From: Octopus vulgaris
Taxonomy: Eukaryota
Direction: 5' to 3'
Assembly: GCA_951406725.2 (NCBI GenBank)
Contig: OX597818.1
Coordinates: 102,858,001 to 102,922,000, forward strand
DNA: 64,000 nt
In this document: one piece after another, positions 13,069 to 25,669 of the stretch
Layout: each line of letters begins with the position of its first letter
Position numbering within the stretch: the first letter of the stretch is position 1
The notes under the pieces: generated by a model
Told to the model about the DNA's origin: nothing
The model's input: the letters and a program-made list of their open reading frames with translations, nothing else
Databases searched by the model: none
Position numbers and translations under genes: made by a program

Positions 13069-13760
13069 TAGCCAAGTCGGAACAGATATTTTTCACGAGG
13101 CATTCCCGTTGCTGCCTCGGCAATATCTGACCTACAATTTTCAAATCGTCGCACTCGCGCCAAATTTATCGGCAGCAAATAAATATAAGCCGCCGATTCC
13201 ATTACGGAATTAACCAGAAAATTCATAATTAATCAATATAGGGTGGCAAAAAAAAAAATTTTGTAGAATTCTTTTGCCACCAGCGGCCTAGTGGGAAAAA
13301 ATTAAATAGTTATAAACCATTTTTAAGTTCAACATCACAATCAAGGAACGGCCATAATAGGTATAAGAAATTACAGGGTAAATGTTTTTTAATTTTCTCC
13401 TGGTTTACGGAATTGATGTTATTTTGCGGTTAAAGCTTTTGGCTGTTATTTCTAGTGGGTGAATGGCCTATTATGGCCGTTCCTTGATTGTGATGTTGAA
13501 CTTAAAAATGGTTTATGACTATTTAATTTTTTCCCACTAGGCCGCTGGTGGCAAAAGAATTCTACAAAATTTTTTTTTTTTGCCACCCTATATTGATTAA
13601 TTATGAATTTTCTGGTTAATTCCGTAATGGAATCGGCGGCTTATATTTATTTGCTGCCGATAAATTTGGCGCGAGTGCGACGATTTGAAAATTTTAGGTC
13701 AGATATTGCCGAGGCAGCAACGGGAATGCCTCGTGAAAAATATCTGTTCCGACTTGGCTA

Positions 13761-13865
13761 TTTCTTACTGATGAATCTAAGGGCCTATGGTAGATTGGCT
13801 TGATTTAATTTAATCAGGTTAGTTTACCATTAAACAGTAGATGAAACGGTGCATCGTATAAGAAA
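13761..13865 (+). ncRNA. Type I hammerhead ribozyme (array copy 3)
   Basis: TTTCTTA-CTGATGA-ATCTA[long hairpin]TAGAT-GAAAC-GGTGCATC-GTA-TAAGAAA: 7-bp stem I, intact core, predicted cleavage after A13858. Confidence 0.9.
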
Positions 13866-13990
13866 TTACAGGGTAAATGTTTTTAATTTTCTCCTGGTTT
13901 ACGGAATTGATGTTATTTTGCGGTTAAAGCTTTTGGCTGTTATTTCTAGTGGGTGAATGGCCTATTATGGCCGTTCCTTGATTGTGATGT

Positions 13991-14035
<45 letters not shown>

Positions 14036-14152
14036 TATTTATATATATATACTGTTCAGTATTTACGCGTTGAATAAAATTTATATTTCTTACTTGTTCT
14101 ACAATACATTTCAAAGCTTCGAAAACAAACTTGTTTGTTTACATAGGATGTA

Positions 14153-14333
<181 letters not shown>

Positions 14334-15154
14334 AAACCTAAGGGTGCAAGTATGTCTGTATGAGAAGAAGCATACCACCCAACCACGTGGTTCCGGCTTC
14401 AGTCTTACTGTGTTGTTGGTACATTGGGCAAATGTCTTCTATTATAGCTTCAGGGCAACCACTGTTAGTTTTGTTTCATTTTGTAAAGTAAAAATTTATT
14501 TATATGGTTTATTATCGTTTATATTTTGAATTATTTTTGCTTTACATTTTGAACCATTTACATGTACTTGAAGGCACCAAAACCTTTTAAGTGTTTGGGG
14601 CCTCTATAGGTCTTAATCCGGGCTTGAAAGGATAGAATGTATATGTATGCATGTATGTATTTAAAAACGGGCACTTCACTGGTTACGGCGACGAGTGTTT
14701 CAGCTCGTGAAATTAACGTGCAAGTGGCTGAGCACTCCACAGTCACGTGTACTCGGGGAGATTCATCGTGACACAGAATGTACCAAGGCCGGCCTTTTGA
14801 TATACAGGTACTACTAATTTTTGCCGGCTGAGTGGACTAGAGCAAAGGGAAATAAAGTATCTTCCTCAAGGACACAACGCGTCGCCGAGAATCGAACTCA
14901 TGACCTTACAATCGTGAGCCGAATACCCTATCCACTAAGCCACGCACCTTCACACATCCCCACCCATATAGCCCCGGCGCGCGCGCACGCACACACACAC
15001 ACATGTCATACAGAGGAAATATTGGTGGGTAGATATTAATGTTCTCTTTAAAAATACCACAAATTCTTTTGCCAAACTGCTAGGCCACGCGAACGTAAAC
15101 AAACCATCATTGGTTTTCAAGAAATGGAGAGGGGACTGACACAAACAGATAAGG

Positions 15155-15525
15155 AAGCACTCCGTCGGTTACGACGATGAGGGTTCCGGTTGATCCGACT
15201 AACGGAACAGCCTGCTCGTGAAATTAACGTGAGCACTCCACAGACACGTGTACCCTTAACGTAGTTTTCGGGGATATTCAGCGTGACACAGAGAGTGACA
15301 AGGCCGTCCCTTTGAAATAGAGGTACAACAGAAACAGGAAGAATGAGTGAGAGAAAGTTGTGGTGAAAGAGTACAGCAGGGATCACCACCATCCCCTGTC
15401 GGAGCCTCGTGGAGCTTTAGGTGTTTTCGCTCAATAAACACTCACAACGCCCGGTCTGGGAATCGAAACCGCGATCCTACGAATGCGAGTCCGCTGCCCT
15501 AACCACTGGGCCATTGCGCCTCCAC
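15155..15525 (-). mobile_element. tRNA-Arg-like SINE
   Basis: Head GTGGAGGCGCAATGGCCCAGTGGTTAGGGCAGCGGACTCG...GGTTTCGATTCCC. Relatives at 17368-17495, 24832-25145, 35645-35940, 48523-48825 and 61203-61390. Confidence 0.88.
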
Positions 15526-16572
15526 ACACAAACAGATAATACACTTACAAACAAGCATGTTATATATATATATACTGCGGGCTTACACACAGTTTCTGTT
15601 CACCATATACATTTATTCAGTTATGATCAGTGGTTCGAAGGTTATAGTAGAAAACACTTTCTTGAGATTCCGCGTGTTAGGACTGAACTCTAAACAACGA
15701 TCTTCGTAACCGCGCAGTTATACCTAGCTGACGTACCTTAATAAATCATGAAACTTTCTACTTAACATGTTTAAATGTCACCCACAGATACCAGATTGAG
15801 ACTACAAACAGGCTCGAATAGAGAGGATGTTTAAACCAGCTTCGTACGTAAATAACAGCGTTATATCCTTAAACAGAAAAAGAAACATAATCAGATTTAA
15901 CTCGTCAGAAAATAGAAGGTAAAAACATGGATTTTTAAGTACCCTTCAAGTCGTGCTTAACATATATTTCCTCGATAATCGAAAGATAATGCTTAAATAG
16001 AATTAACGTAAAGGTCAGTTGAACGCCGAAGTAGGGAAAAACAATAAAACGGCAAAACAAACAGTCGACGCGAAACAAAATCTCTCGTAAACAAGCCCTA
16101 ACTTATAATAACACGTAACCAAAGAACGATGGAACTGTTACTGTTGTCTCTTGTTCATATTTGTAATTCCGAACGAAATATGACCAGCATACAATTTATC
16201 CATGCAATAGGTAACAACAGCTAAAAGTTGTGAAAAAAAAACACCGCTAAAAATAGAAGAACATATCGCAAAGCAAAACGAACGTCGTAGAAAATATCTT
16301 TACGGTGGAATTATAAAAATAGAAAAGAACTTCGTTGTCGAACATAACATTTCTGTCGAAGTTATTCAAGAGAAAACTACAAGTTACGACAAAACACTTC
16401 TGATTCCAAGCTATACTTAGATATGGATAGAGAGATCAAATTGTGATGGAGACTTCAAAATATACATGGCATCTATTACTTGGTTGGTGCCACAAACGAC
16501 ATTTTGTCACTAAAAAGGACATAACTACGCACAAGGAATTCAAACGCTTAGAAATAAAGTAAACGAAACAAA

Positions 16573-17008
16573 ATAGGCGCAGATGTGACTCATAGGAGCA
16601 GATGTGACACAAAAGTGCAGGTGTGACACATAGGTACAGATGTGACTTATAGGCGCAGATGTGACTCATAGGTGCAGATGTGACTCTTAGGCGCAGATGT
16701 GACTCATAGGCGCAGATGTGACTCTTTGGCGCAGATGTGACACAAAAGTGCAGGTGTGACACATAGGTACAGATGTGACTCATAGTCGCAGATGTGACTC
16801 ATATGTGCAGATGTGGCTCTTAGGGGCAGATGTGACTCTTTGGCGCAGATGTGACACATAGGCGCAGATGTAGCTCATAGGTGCAGGTGTGACACATAGG
16901 TACAGATGTGACTCATAGGCGCAGATGTAGCTCATAGGTGCAGATGTGACTCATAGGCGCAGATGTGACTCATAGGCACAGGCTTGGCTCATAGGTGCAA
17001 GTGTTGTT
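16573..17008. repeat. 19-bp minisatellite (ATAGGCGCAGATGTGACTC)n, ~22 copies
   Basis: GCAGATGTG recurs at 16693, 16712, 16731 and onward (period 19). Confidence 0.95.
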
Positions 17009-17573
17009 CATAGGCGCATACGTGGTTGTGTGGTAAGACCTTTCCTTCCCAATCACAGGGTTCAGCCCCACTGCGTGACCCCTTGGGCATGTCTCTTCTG
17101 ATATAGCTTCGAACCGACAAAAGCCTTGTGAGTGGATTTGGTAGACAGAACCTGAAAGAAGTCTGTCGTATGTGTGTGTGTCCTTGTCCCCAAGTACCGC
17201 TTGGCAACCACTGTTGGTTTGTTTACATCCGCGTAACTTAGTGGTTCGGCAAAAGACACCAATAGAATGAGTATCAGGCTTTGAATGGAGTTCATGTTTT
17301 GGATAGAAATACCATCCTTAAATTGGTGAGGCATGTTGGCATGTAAGGGCAGTTTAATAGTGATGTTTGTGGAGGTGCAATTGCCCAGTGGTTAGGGCAG
17401 TGGACTCGTGGTCGGAGGATCGCGGTTTCGATTCCCAGACCGGCGTTGTGTGTGTTTATTGAGCGAAAACACCTGAAGCTCCACGAGGCTCCGTAGCATT
17501 TGAACTAAAAAGTTAAAGAACCGGAAGAAATAACAGCAAGCAAATGATTCTGCCAAACCCTAGGCCCTAAATC

Positions 17574-17892
17574 AGCAGTACGGTTCTCGACCATTTTTTA
17601 CTGCTGGTCTGCATTGACTCACATAGCCATTCAATGTTTAAAAGCTAGTCTTATAAACACCATTTCCAAAATTCCTGTTTTGTTTTTCGCAGTTTAACTT
17701 GTATAGTGGTCAGAAACAAGTTAAACCATGTAAAACGTTAGAGAAACCAATCCGTTTCTTGTGATAACGACACCTAATAGCAAATGTTTTTCATAGTCCC
17801 TTAAAATATTACTATTTTGCTTCCATGGACCCCCGAAATTCTTATATGGACCACCAGGAGTTCTATAGAACCCGGTTGAGACCCATTGCCCT
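17574..17892. mobile_element. Decayed hAT-like MITE
   Basis: Termini resemble CAGTGGTTCTCAACC / GGTTGAGACCCATTG. Confidence 0.5.
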
Positions 17893-19040
17893 AAATCAAT
17901 GAAGGAGACCTTAAAAAACATTGGTTCTACAACTTTTCAAAAGCTGAAATTTAAAAAAAACAAATTTTAATATAGCTCACTAGAATAATGTTTTGTTTTG
18001 TTTCTTTTACTCTAGGCACAAGGTCCGAAATTTTGGGGGAGGGCGCCAGTCGATTAGATCGACCCCAGTTCGCAACTGGTACTTAATTTATCGACACCGA
18101 AAGGATGAAAGGTAAAGTCGACCTCGGCGGAATTTGAACTTACAACGTACAGACTGACGAAATAACGCTAAGCATTTCGGCCGGCGTGCTAACGTTTCTT
18201 ATTTCTTTACTGCCCACAAGGGGCTACACACGGAAGGGACAAACAAAGGCAGACAAACGGATTAAGTCGATTATATCGACCTCAGTGCGTGACTGATACT
18301 TATTTAATCGACCCCGAAAGGATAAAAGGCAAAGTCGTCCTCGGCGGAATTTGAACTTTACGGCGGAACGTTACGGCAGACGAAATACCAATTTCTTTTT
18401 CTACCCACAGAGAGGACAAACAAGGACAGACAAACGGATTAAGTCGATTATATCGATCCCAGTGCGTGCTAACGTTTCTGCCAGCTCGCTGCCTTCTCAC
18501 TGCAATAAATTCTGCTACGAAAAACAAATCAAGTTTTGAAGAAACTCAATAGTATTTTAATAGCTGATAGAAGGAAGGTTACTTGTTCAATAAGATATAT
18601 CAACTACGCGATAACATAACCCTCAAAGCATACACACCTGAAATGGACCACATGATAAAAACAAAGGATAATGTAGTAACGCCACAAAAGGGGAAAATCA
18701 ATTCAGTGCCAGGCAATAAACAAGAAAATAAATCAAACAAAATGTAAGAGAAAAGGATATCGTAAAATAAACGGGAAACTGTCAAAGATTTGTGTCCAAC
18801 ATCAACCAAACCGGAAGCAGGCGTAACACGCTATATAATGTATGTAGTTTCTTCAACATTTCTGTAAAATGTTAGACCGCATGACATCAAAATAACAATA
18901 TCTTTGCTCCTATAGCAAACAGTCGTTCTGTTGAAGCATTTCTCAAAAGTCATCAAGGCAATCCACTAAGAGATCAGGAACACACATGAGACTAAAGTAC
19001 CTGTTTCGACTAAGTTGATGACGACAACATCTTGTTGACG

Positions 19041-19444
19041 TCTAAATTTTTATATATAAAGCTGAAATTGTCTGTGTGTGTGTGTGTGGTAGCCTTCAAC
19101 TAACACTATCTCCTCCGAGACCCTGCGGCGCAAGTTGACCAAAATTGAGAGTATGATAGAAGAACTTTGCTCTTCATTCCGTAGAAAATAAAATTCAAAC
19201 CGGATCATGTTAAGACCAAAAAAATTTACATCAAAAAGGTGCTTCTTTACTATGAAAATCCCTATTTTTTACGATTTTTTTTTTTTACTGATGTGTCGCC
19301 ATTTTTCGGTGTATTTCAACCATAAAAATGTTCACTTAAAGAGAATAACAAGCTATGTAATGCAAAATTTTTACTTTTCAAAAATTCCAATCTTAGAGCG
19401 TCGAAAAGAAAATAAACCCGAGCAACGCTGGGCTATACAGCTAG
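19041..19444 (+). mobile_element. Non-autonomous Helitron
   Basis: 5' TC...TATATATAAAG; 3' hairpin CCCGAGCAACGCTGGG followed by CTAG|T. Confidence 0.7.
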
Positions 19445-20160
19445 TTACCTATAATCTTAAACGGTTATTGCATTCATCAACATCTGAATCTACACGTACC
19501 AAAAGTACAAAGTGCTTGATACTAAGCAAAACTAACAGTCTGTGAAGTACACCAATAATCCAAGCATAGTATACTCTTTACTCTTTTACTCTTTCACTTG
19601 TTTCAGTCATTTGACAATGGCCATGCTGGAGCACCGCCTTCAGTCGAGAAAATCGACTCCAGGATTTATTTTTTGTAAGCCTAGTACTTATTCTATCATA
19701 CACACATATATAATTGTTAAACAGGACGTCAAACATGGAAAGAGAGAAGAAAAAAAAGCATAAAAGTTTATAGTTCAACTTTCCGAAGTTATAGAAACCA
19801 AAGCGTGAGTCCTTAGGTGTAATTCTGCGATGATCCATGAGCAAAAGTCTTTAGTTGCATTTCGCTGCATCGGAAATCTACAATGGTTCCATAACTACCG
19901 TCTCGGCTATAACTTTGGAGCCCCAATAATACTTTACAGCACTTACCTAACGTACCTAATAGTTTAGATCACCTGTGAACTAAACTCCTATACTTTGTAC
20001 ATACACATATAAGAAGTTAACCTCACAATCATACGTTCTTTCATTTCCACAGATGCTGCTACACAACTTTAAATATCGCTAATTTGTCACGAATACAACA
20101 GAAGCAGCATTTTCCAGGCATCAGAAACCAAATATATTTTCGTTAATAATTGAACTGATA

Positions 20161-20184
20161 TCTCTCTATATATAAACGGCAAAA

Positions 20185-20219
<35 letters not shown>

Positions 20220-20536
20220 TTTATACAAATTCACAATTTTTCTGTTAGAGGGCTCGCACTTTCTGTGGTCATTCAAAACCGTCCAAGGGTGGTCGTGCAC
20301 ATCTTTACATTTCCCCAGTAATCCCGCAAAGCCATTAAAAATTCAATAGAAGTGATTTTTGTGAATTTTCTATCCAAAACCCAATCAAAATGCCCGAAAC
20401 TTGATACGCCACTTGAATGCCAGCTAGCTGTGATTAGTCGGAGATTTGGACAGTACTCGCGTGTATGTGCGCACACACGCAGCTGTATATGCATGCACTA
20501 GCACTATGACCTGGCGTTGCCGGGTCATAGTGCTAG
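20161..20536 (+). mobile_element. Non-autonomous Helitron
   Basis: A|TC start, GACCTGGCGTTGCCGGGTC hairpin, CTAG|T end; AT target, no TSD. Confidence 0.8.
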
Positions 20537-21274
20537 TATTAATATACACCTACAAACATACATACTGTCGGAAGTATCAATTTTTTAATTTTAACCTTGC
20601 CTTTAGTCGAAGGTCAGTTCTGATAAAGCAGACCTTTGATCAAAATGTTCTTGCTGTATCATATTTTCGAACAATGAATACAGGACAACATTAATCCATT
20701 CATCTTTTAAGCTAATAAACAGTGGCATAGGGAAAATATAGCTATTATATCTAGCAAATAGAGTGATCAAGCCAAGAAATTCTTTGGATCTTTTGTGGTA
20801 AATGCCCAGAAGGAAGGAAGAAACCGTGGTAATAGCAACAATAGCACACGTTTACGTGTAAGTAACGAACAAGACGGCGACAGACAATTGCATTCATCAT
20901 TGTGACTCTAGGCACGTACTTGCATTGTCACATCCAAACTGAAACGTGTTGCATCTACGATAATGCTTTCATAATCTAGCCCAAAGTCGAAACCTCTTCT
21001 TCATCATGTTGTAATTCGATCAATTTCAACAATCGCAATTATTCTATTGTTATCAAAGAGGAATATTTGCAGCAATTTGTCGATTGCTTTTGATTCGGGG
21101 CAACGATTCCTAGCTTCAGTGTTAAAACTTGACATATTGAAACTGTCCGGTTAATAAACATGTAAATTTTATTCAAACCATTTTTCAGTAGCTATTCTAA
21201 ATTTTTTCAAGGGAGTTCTATCATTTATGTAACGTTCCTTCATAAAATAATTACGTTATTTCTCTTTATATATA

Positions 21275-21712
21275 CAGTTGCGGCCAAAATGTTCAGATCC
21301 AATACTTAAATTATCCTTCCTTCGAAGCTTAATTATCTGCTGACGAATTGGTAACGGAGTCAGTGGCATTATATTAACAAAGTACATTGCAAATATTCTT
21401 ACTAATGTTTAGTAAACGAACCGTCACATAAACAAATTCAAAACATTAGAGTTCGCCGGTTAAATATACTAAAACACGGAGTAAAAGCAACCGTTCTGAT
21501 AATTTTGGCCGCCATGGGTTTTGCAGTAAATCACTAAATCATCCATAACTTTTGTATTATCCTCTCAAATTACACCCAAATCTCAGACAATAACAATTAA
21601 TATTGTATTTATTGTCTGTGAAAATTATAGAATATAAAACACCTTTGATAAAAAAATTATATCTACTTTTCTGATGAAAACAATGCCGTTCTGAACATTT
21701 TGGCCGCAACTG
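21275..21712. mobile_element. Tc1-type MITE
   Basis: TA-CAGTTGCGGCCAAAATGTTCAGA ... TCTGAACATTTTGGCCGCAACTG-TA perfect TIRs. Confidence 0.92.
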
Positions 21713-24389
21713 TACATTTTTGTCTTTGTTGCCGTACAATTTCGATAGCTTTCTTACAAATGAGTCTAATACTCTTAGCTTAGATCGAACCATCCCAAGT
21801 GTAACTGCCCGAAATGGTCGTGTGTTCTGGGACTTGACTGATGAAAGAAAGCTAAGAATGACCCGACGTTTTTTGCCTGTCCTTCTAATTGTTGTTTCTC
21901 TTGTCCGCCTTTGTATCGTCTATCTGTCCGTACGTTTTAATGCTCTCAATTGCGCTTTTGTTCCATTTACACACACACACATATCTATATATATATATAT
22001 ACACTTCATAATTAAACATTTTGATAATTTAAAAGCCATCGAGCTGGTAGAATCGTTAGCAGTGCGGGCGAAATGCTTAGCGGTATTTCGTCTGTCTTTA
22101 CGTTCTGAGTTCAATTTCCGCCGAGGTCGACTTTGCCTTTCATCCTTTCGGGGTCGATTAAATAAGTACCAGTTACGCACTGGGGCCGATATAATCGACT
22201 TAATCCGTCTGTCCTTGTTTGTCCCCTCTGTTTTTAGCCCCTTATGGGTAGTAAAGAAATAGGTATTTTATCTGCCGCTACCTTTCTGAGTTCAAATTCC
22301 ACCGAGGTCGACTTTGCCTTTCATCCTTTCGGGGTCAATTAAGTAAGTACCAGTTACGCACTGGTTTCGATATAATCGACTTAATCCGTTTGTCCGTCCT
22401 TGTTTGTCCTCTCTGTGTTTAGCTCCTTGTGGGTAGTAAAGAAATAGGTATTTCGTCAGCCGCTACGTTCTGAGTTCAAATTCCGCCGAGGAGAACTTTG
22501 CCTTTCATCCTTTTGGGGTCGATTAAATAAGTACCATTACGCACTGGGGTCGATGTAATCGACTTAATCCCTTTTTCTGTCCTTGTTTGCCTCCTCTGTG
22601 TGTAGCCCCTTGTATGCAGTAAAGAAATAGGCATTTCGTCAGCCGTTACATTCTGAGCTCAATTTCTGCCGAGATCAACTTTGCCTTTCATCCTTTCGGA
22701 GTCGATAAATTAAGTACCAGTTGCATACTGGGGTCTGTCTAATCGACTGGTCCCCTCCCCAAAAATTTCGGGCACTTTGCCTAGAGTAGAAAAGATTATA
22801 TTAAGCAAATTCATTTAGGAAAAAGAAAACTGACGACATATTTTTAATTTTTAGTATGAAATACGTTCAAGTATTACGCTAAAACTCTTTAAGAGCTCTT
22901 AGACTTTTGAATGATATCGAATACATTTTGAACTTAATATAATAATATTATGAATCTTACGCATCAAAACAGAAATATGAAAATTCAATAAAGGATATAT
23001 TCCAGCGGGTTTCTCTATTTAATGTTATTAATAATAACATTGAACGAAGGTTGAATCTTTGCATTCTAATGTACACCATTTCTGGAAAATAAGTAAAGAA
23101 ATAAACAAATCCGGTTAATTTCCCAGCAGATTTTTATCTCATAAAAGAAAATTCTGCCAGAATATGACAGTATTGCGAGCGAGAAGAGCCAACGATGGTA
23201 ACCAAATGATTAAAGTTACATCATTCAGGCAGTTCATAAAAGCTGTTTGAGACCGAGGAATACTAAAACCTAAATCTTATTGAATTAAATTACACGCTCT
23301 CTACCCTAAATATACTTCCTTCCACAACTTTACCCTCTCCATTATCCGAAAAACAAACACTATACTCGACTCTTTTATTAAAAATCTCAATGTAAACGAA
23401 ATAAAAACCAAACAAAACGCGTAAATGAAAAGGTACGGATATATTTAAAGGTATGTTTTCATTGACATTCGATAACGCTCTAAAGAAATTGCAATCCTCT
23501 CCTTTATCATTTCTTAGCAGAGTATTCGTTACTTCCGTTCTTATCTTTAGAAAATAAGATATAGCAGACATTCACCTATCTCAGTATAAATTCTATTTGA
23601 AGTCACCTTTCATATCTTTGACAGGTATAAATTTTGGTGCTAAGTGTTTATTTCGATAATATCAAACTTTAGCAAATAATCCTGTGACAACATACCGAAG
23701 AAATGCTATTATAAGAAATCAATTGAGGACAATGAAACGGCGAATTTGAGGTACAGATATTATTATCTGCCAAGAAGTGGTAAATGCCGTTTTATTGAAT
23801 TAATATCCATTGAGCCAAAGGGGGAGCGGATAAATTGTAGCTTTACTTGATGGAAACGTCAACCAAATCAACATCAGATTCTGCCCTATTCACTTAAAAA
23901 AATAATGAACGTTTTCAGCAATATAGTCCGAGATACGCATATACGTACGTACATAACAACATAAATACATATACTCATTTTACTCTTTACTCCTGTATTT
24001 GTTTCAGTCATTTGACTGAGGCCATGCTGGAGCACCGCCTTTAATCGAGCAAATCGACCCCCAGGACTTATTCTTTGTAAGCCTAGTACTTATTCTATCG
24101 GTCTCTTTTGCCGACCCGCTAAGTTACGGGGATATAAACACACCAGCATCGGTTGTAAAGTGATATTGGGGAGGGGGACAAACACAGACACACAAACATA
24201 TACACACATATACATATACTTTATTTAAAGCAGCAGAAAATTCAACAAAACCTGTTAGTCTGAGTAACGCGAAACTCAGAGTGACAGGATTTGTTGAATT
24301 TTCAGCTGCTTTAAATAGAGCATATTACTCTACCACTGGTATTTGAGTACTCTTTTTTCCACCTTGTTTCACATTTATGTGTTTACTCC

Positions 24390-24442
<53 letters not shown>

Positions 24443-24606
24443 CAATAATAATTCTCTAAAAGAGATATAGACAGTAACTGCTCGATAACATAAGGGACTA
24501 AGCCATCTGAATATGGCTAGGGACAGGGCAGGGTGGTGGGGGTGTTACTGCTAAATGCAACAGTAACACCCCCACCACCCGCCCTATATTCAGATGGCTT
24601 TAGTCC

Positions 24607-24647
<41 letters not shown>

Positions 24648-25542
24648 GACAGGCTTCTTTCAGTTTCTGTCTACCAAATCCACTCACAAGTCATTGGTCG
24701 GCCTGGGGCTAGAATAGAAGACACTTGCCCAAGGTGCCACGCAAGGGGGAATGAATCCGCAACTATGTAGATCGTAAGCAAGCTACTTACCACAGAGCCA
24801 CTCCTACGCCTTATATACGTACATACATACGTGTAGAGGCACAATGGTCCAGAGGTTAGAGCAACGGACTTGCGGTCATAGGATCGTGGTTTCGATTCCC
24901 AGACCGGGCATTGCGAGTGTTTATTGAGCAAAAACACCTAAATTTCCACGAGGTTCTGGCAGTGGCTGGAGGCGAACCCTGCTGTACTCTTTCACCAAAA
25001 CTTTCGCTCACTCTTTCTTCCTGTTTCTGCAGTACCTGTATTTCAAAGGGTCAGCCTTGTCACATTCTGTGTCACTCTGAATCTCCCCGGGAATTACGTT
25101 AAGGGCACAGATATCTGCGGAGTACCCAGCCACTTGCACGTTAAGGTCTTCAGCCGAACGAATTGGCCCCAGTACTTACTTTTATAGCCTGGTATTAATT
25201 ATTCTATCGGCAGTTTTTGCTGAATCGCTAAGTTACAGAGACGTAAACAGTCCAATACCGAATGCGATGCGGTGGTGAGAAACAAACACAAAGACACATA
25301 CACACACACGTATATATATATATATATACAAAATAAGAAAATGGAGAAATACATCGAAATCAAATATCAATTACCAGATAATACTCAATCACATACTTTA
25401 TTAAACCACTACATAAGAAACTATAAGGTTAAACATAATAATGCAGGGTAAAACAGTGTACATGAAGGGGTGTACATAAAATAGTAATGTTATACAATAA
25501 GTAGAATACGCATAATAGAACATAAATATAAATATAGACTAT

Positions 25543-25669
25543 ATCTTACAGCTGTTTCGGCCATGTAGATATGCATGTCTCATTCAACTCATATTAGCCA
25601 TTTATGGTAGGTCAATATGTAGTTATAAATGAGACATTTACAAAAACACCCTAAGGCCTCTTCGGAGAT
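25543..25669 (-). ncRNA. Hammerhead motif in the left pLTR (CCGAAGA core variant)
   Basis: Near-exact reverse complement of 30580-30706. Confidence 0.75.

Larger units (their letters stand above)
12215..13993. mobile_element. Retrozyme-like array of a ~500-nt unit: ~2.3 tandem minus copies (12215-13361) joined head-to-head to ~1.3 plus copies (13361-13993)
   Basis: Near-identical units start near 12215, 12722 and 13223; each full unit carries a hammerhead; flanked by (TA)n. Confidence 0.85.

Noticed and set aside
13603-13803. 66-aa ORF repeated in the array (also 13026-13226)
   Set aside because: No recognisable domain; it overlaps the hammerhead; the first array copy carries small deletions; identity reflects recent duplication.
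16573-17008. CRISPR-like array
   Set aside because: Contiguous 19-bp units with no unique spacers, no cas genes, eukaryotic context.
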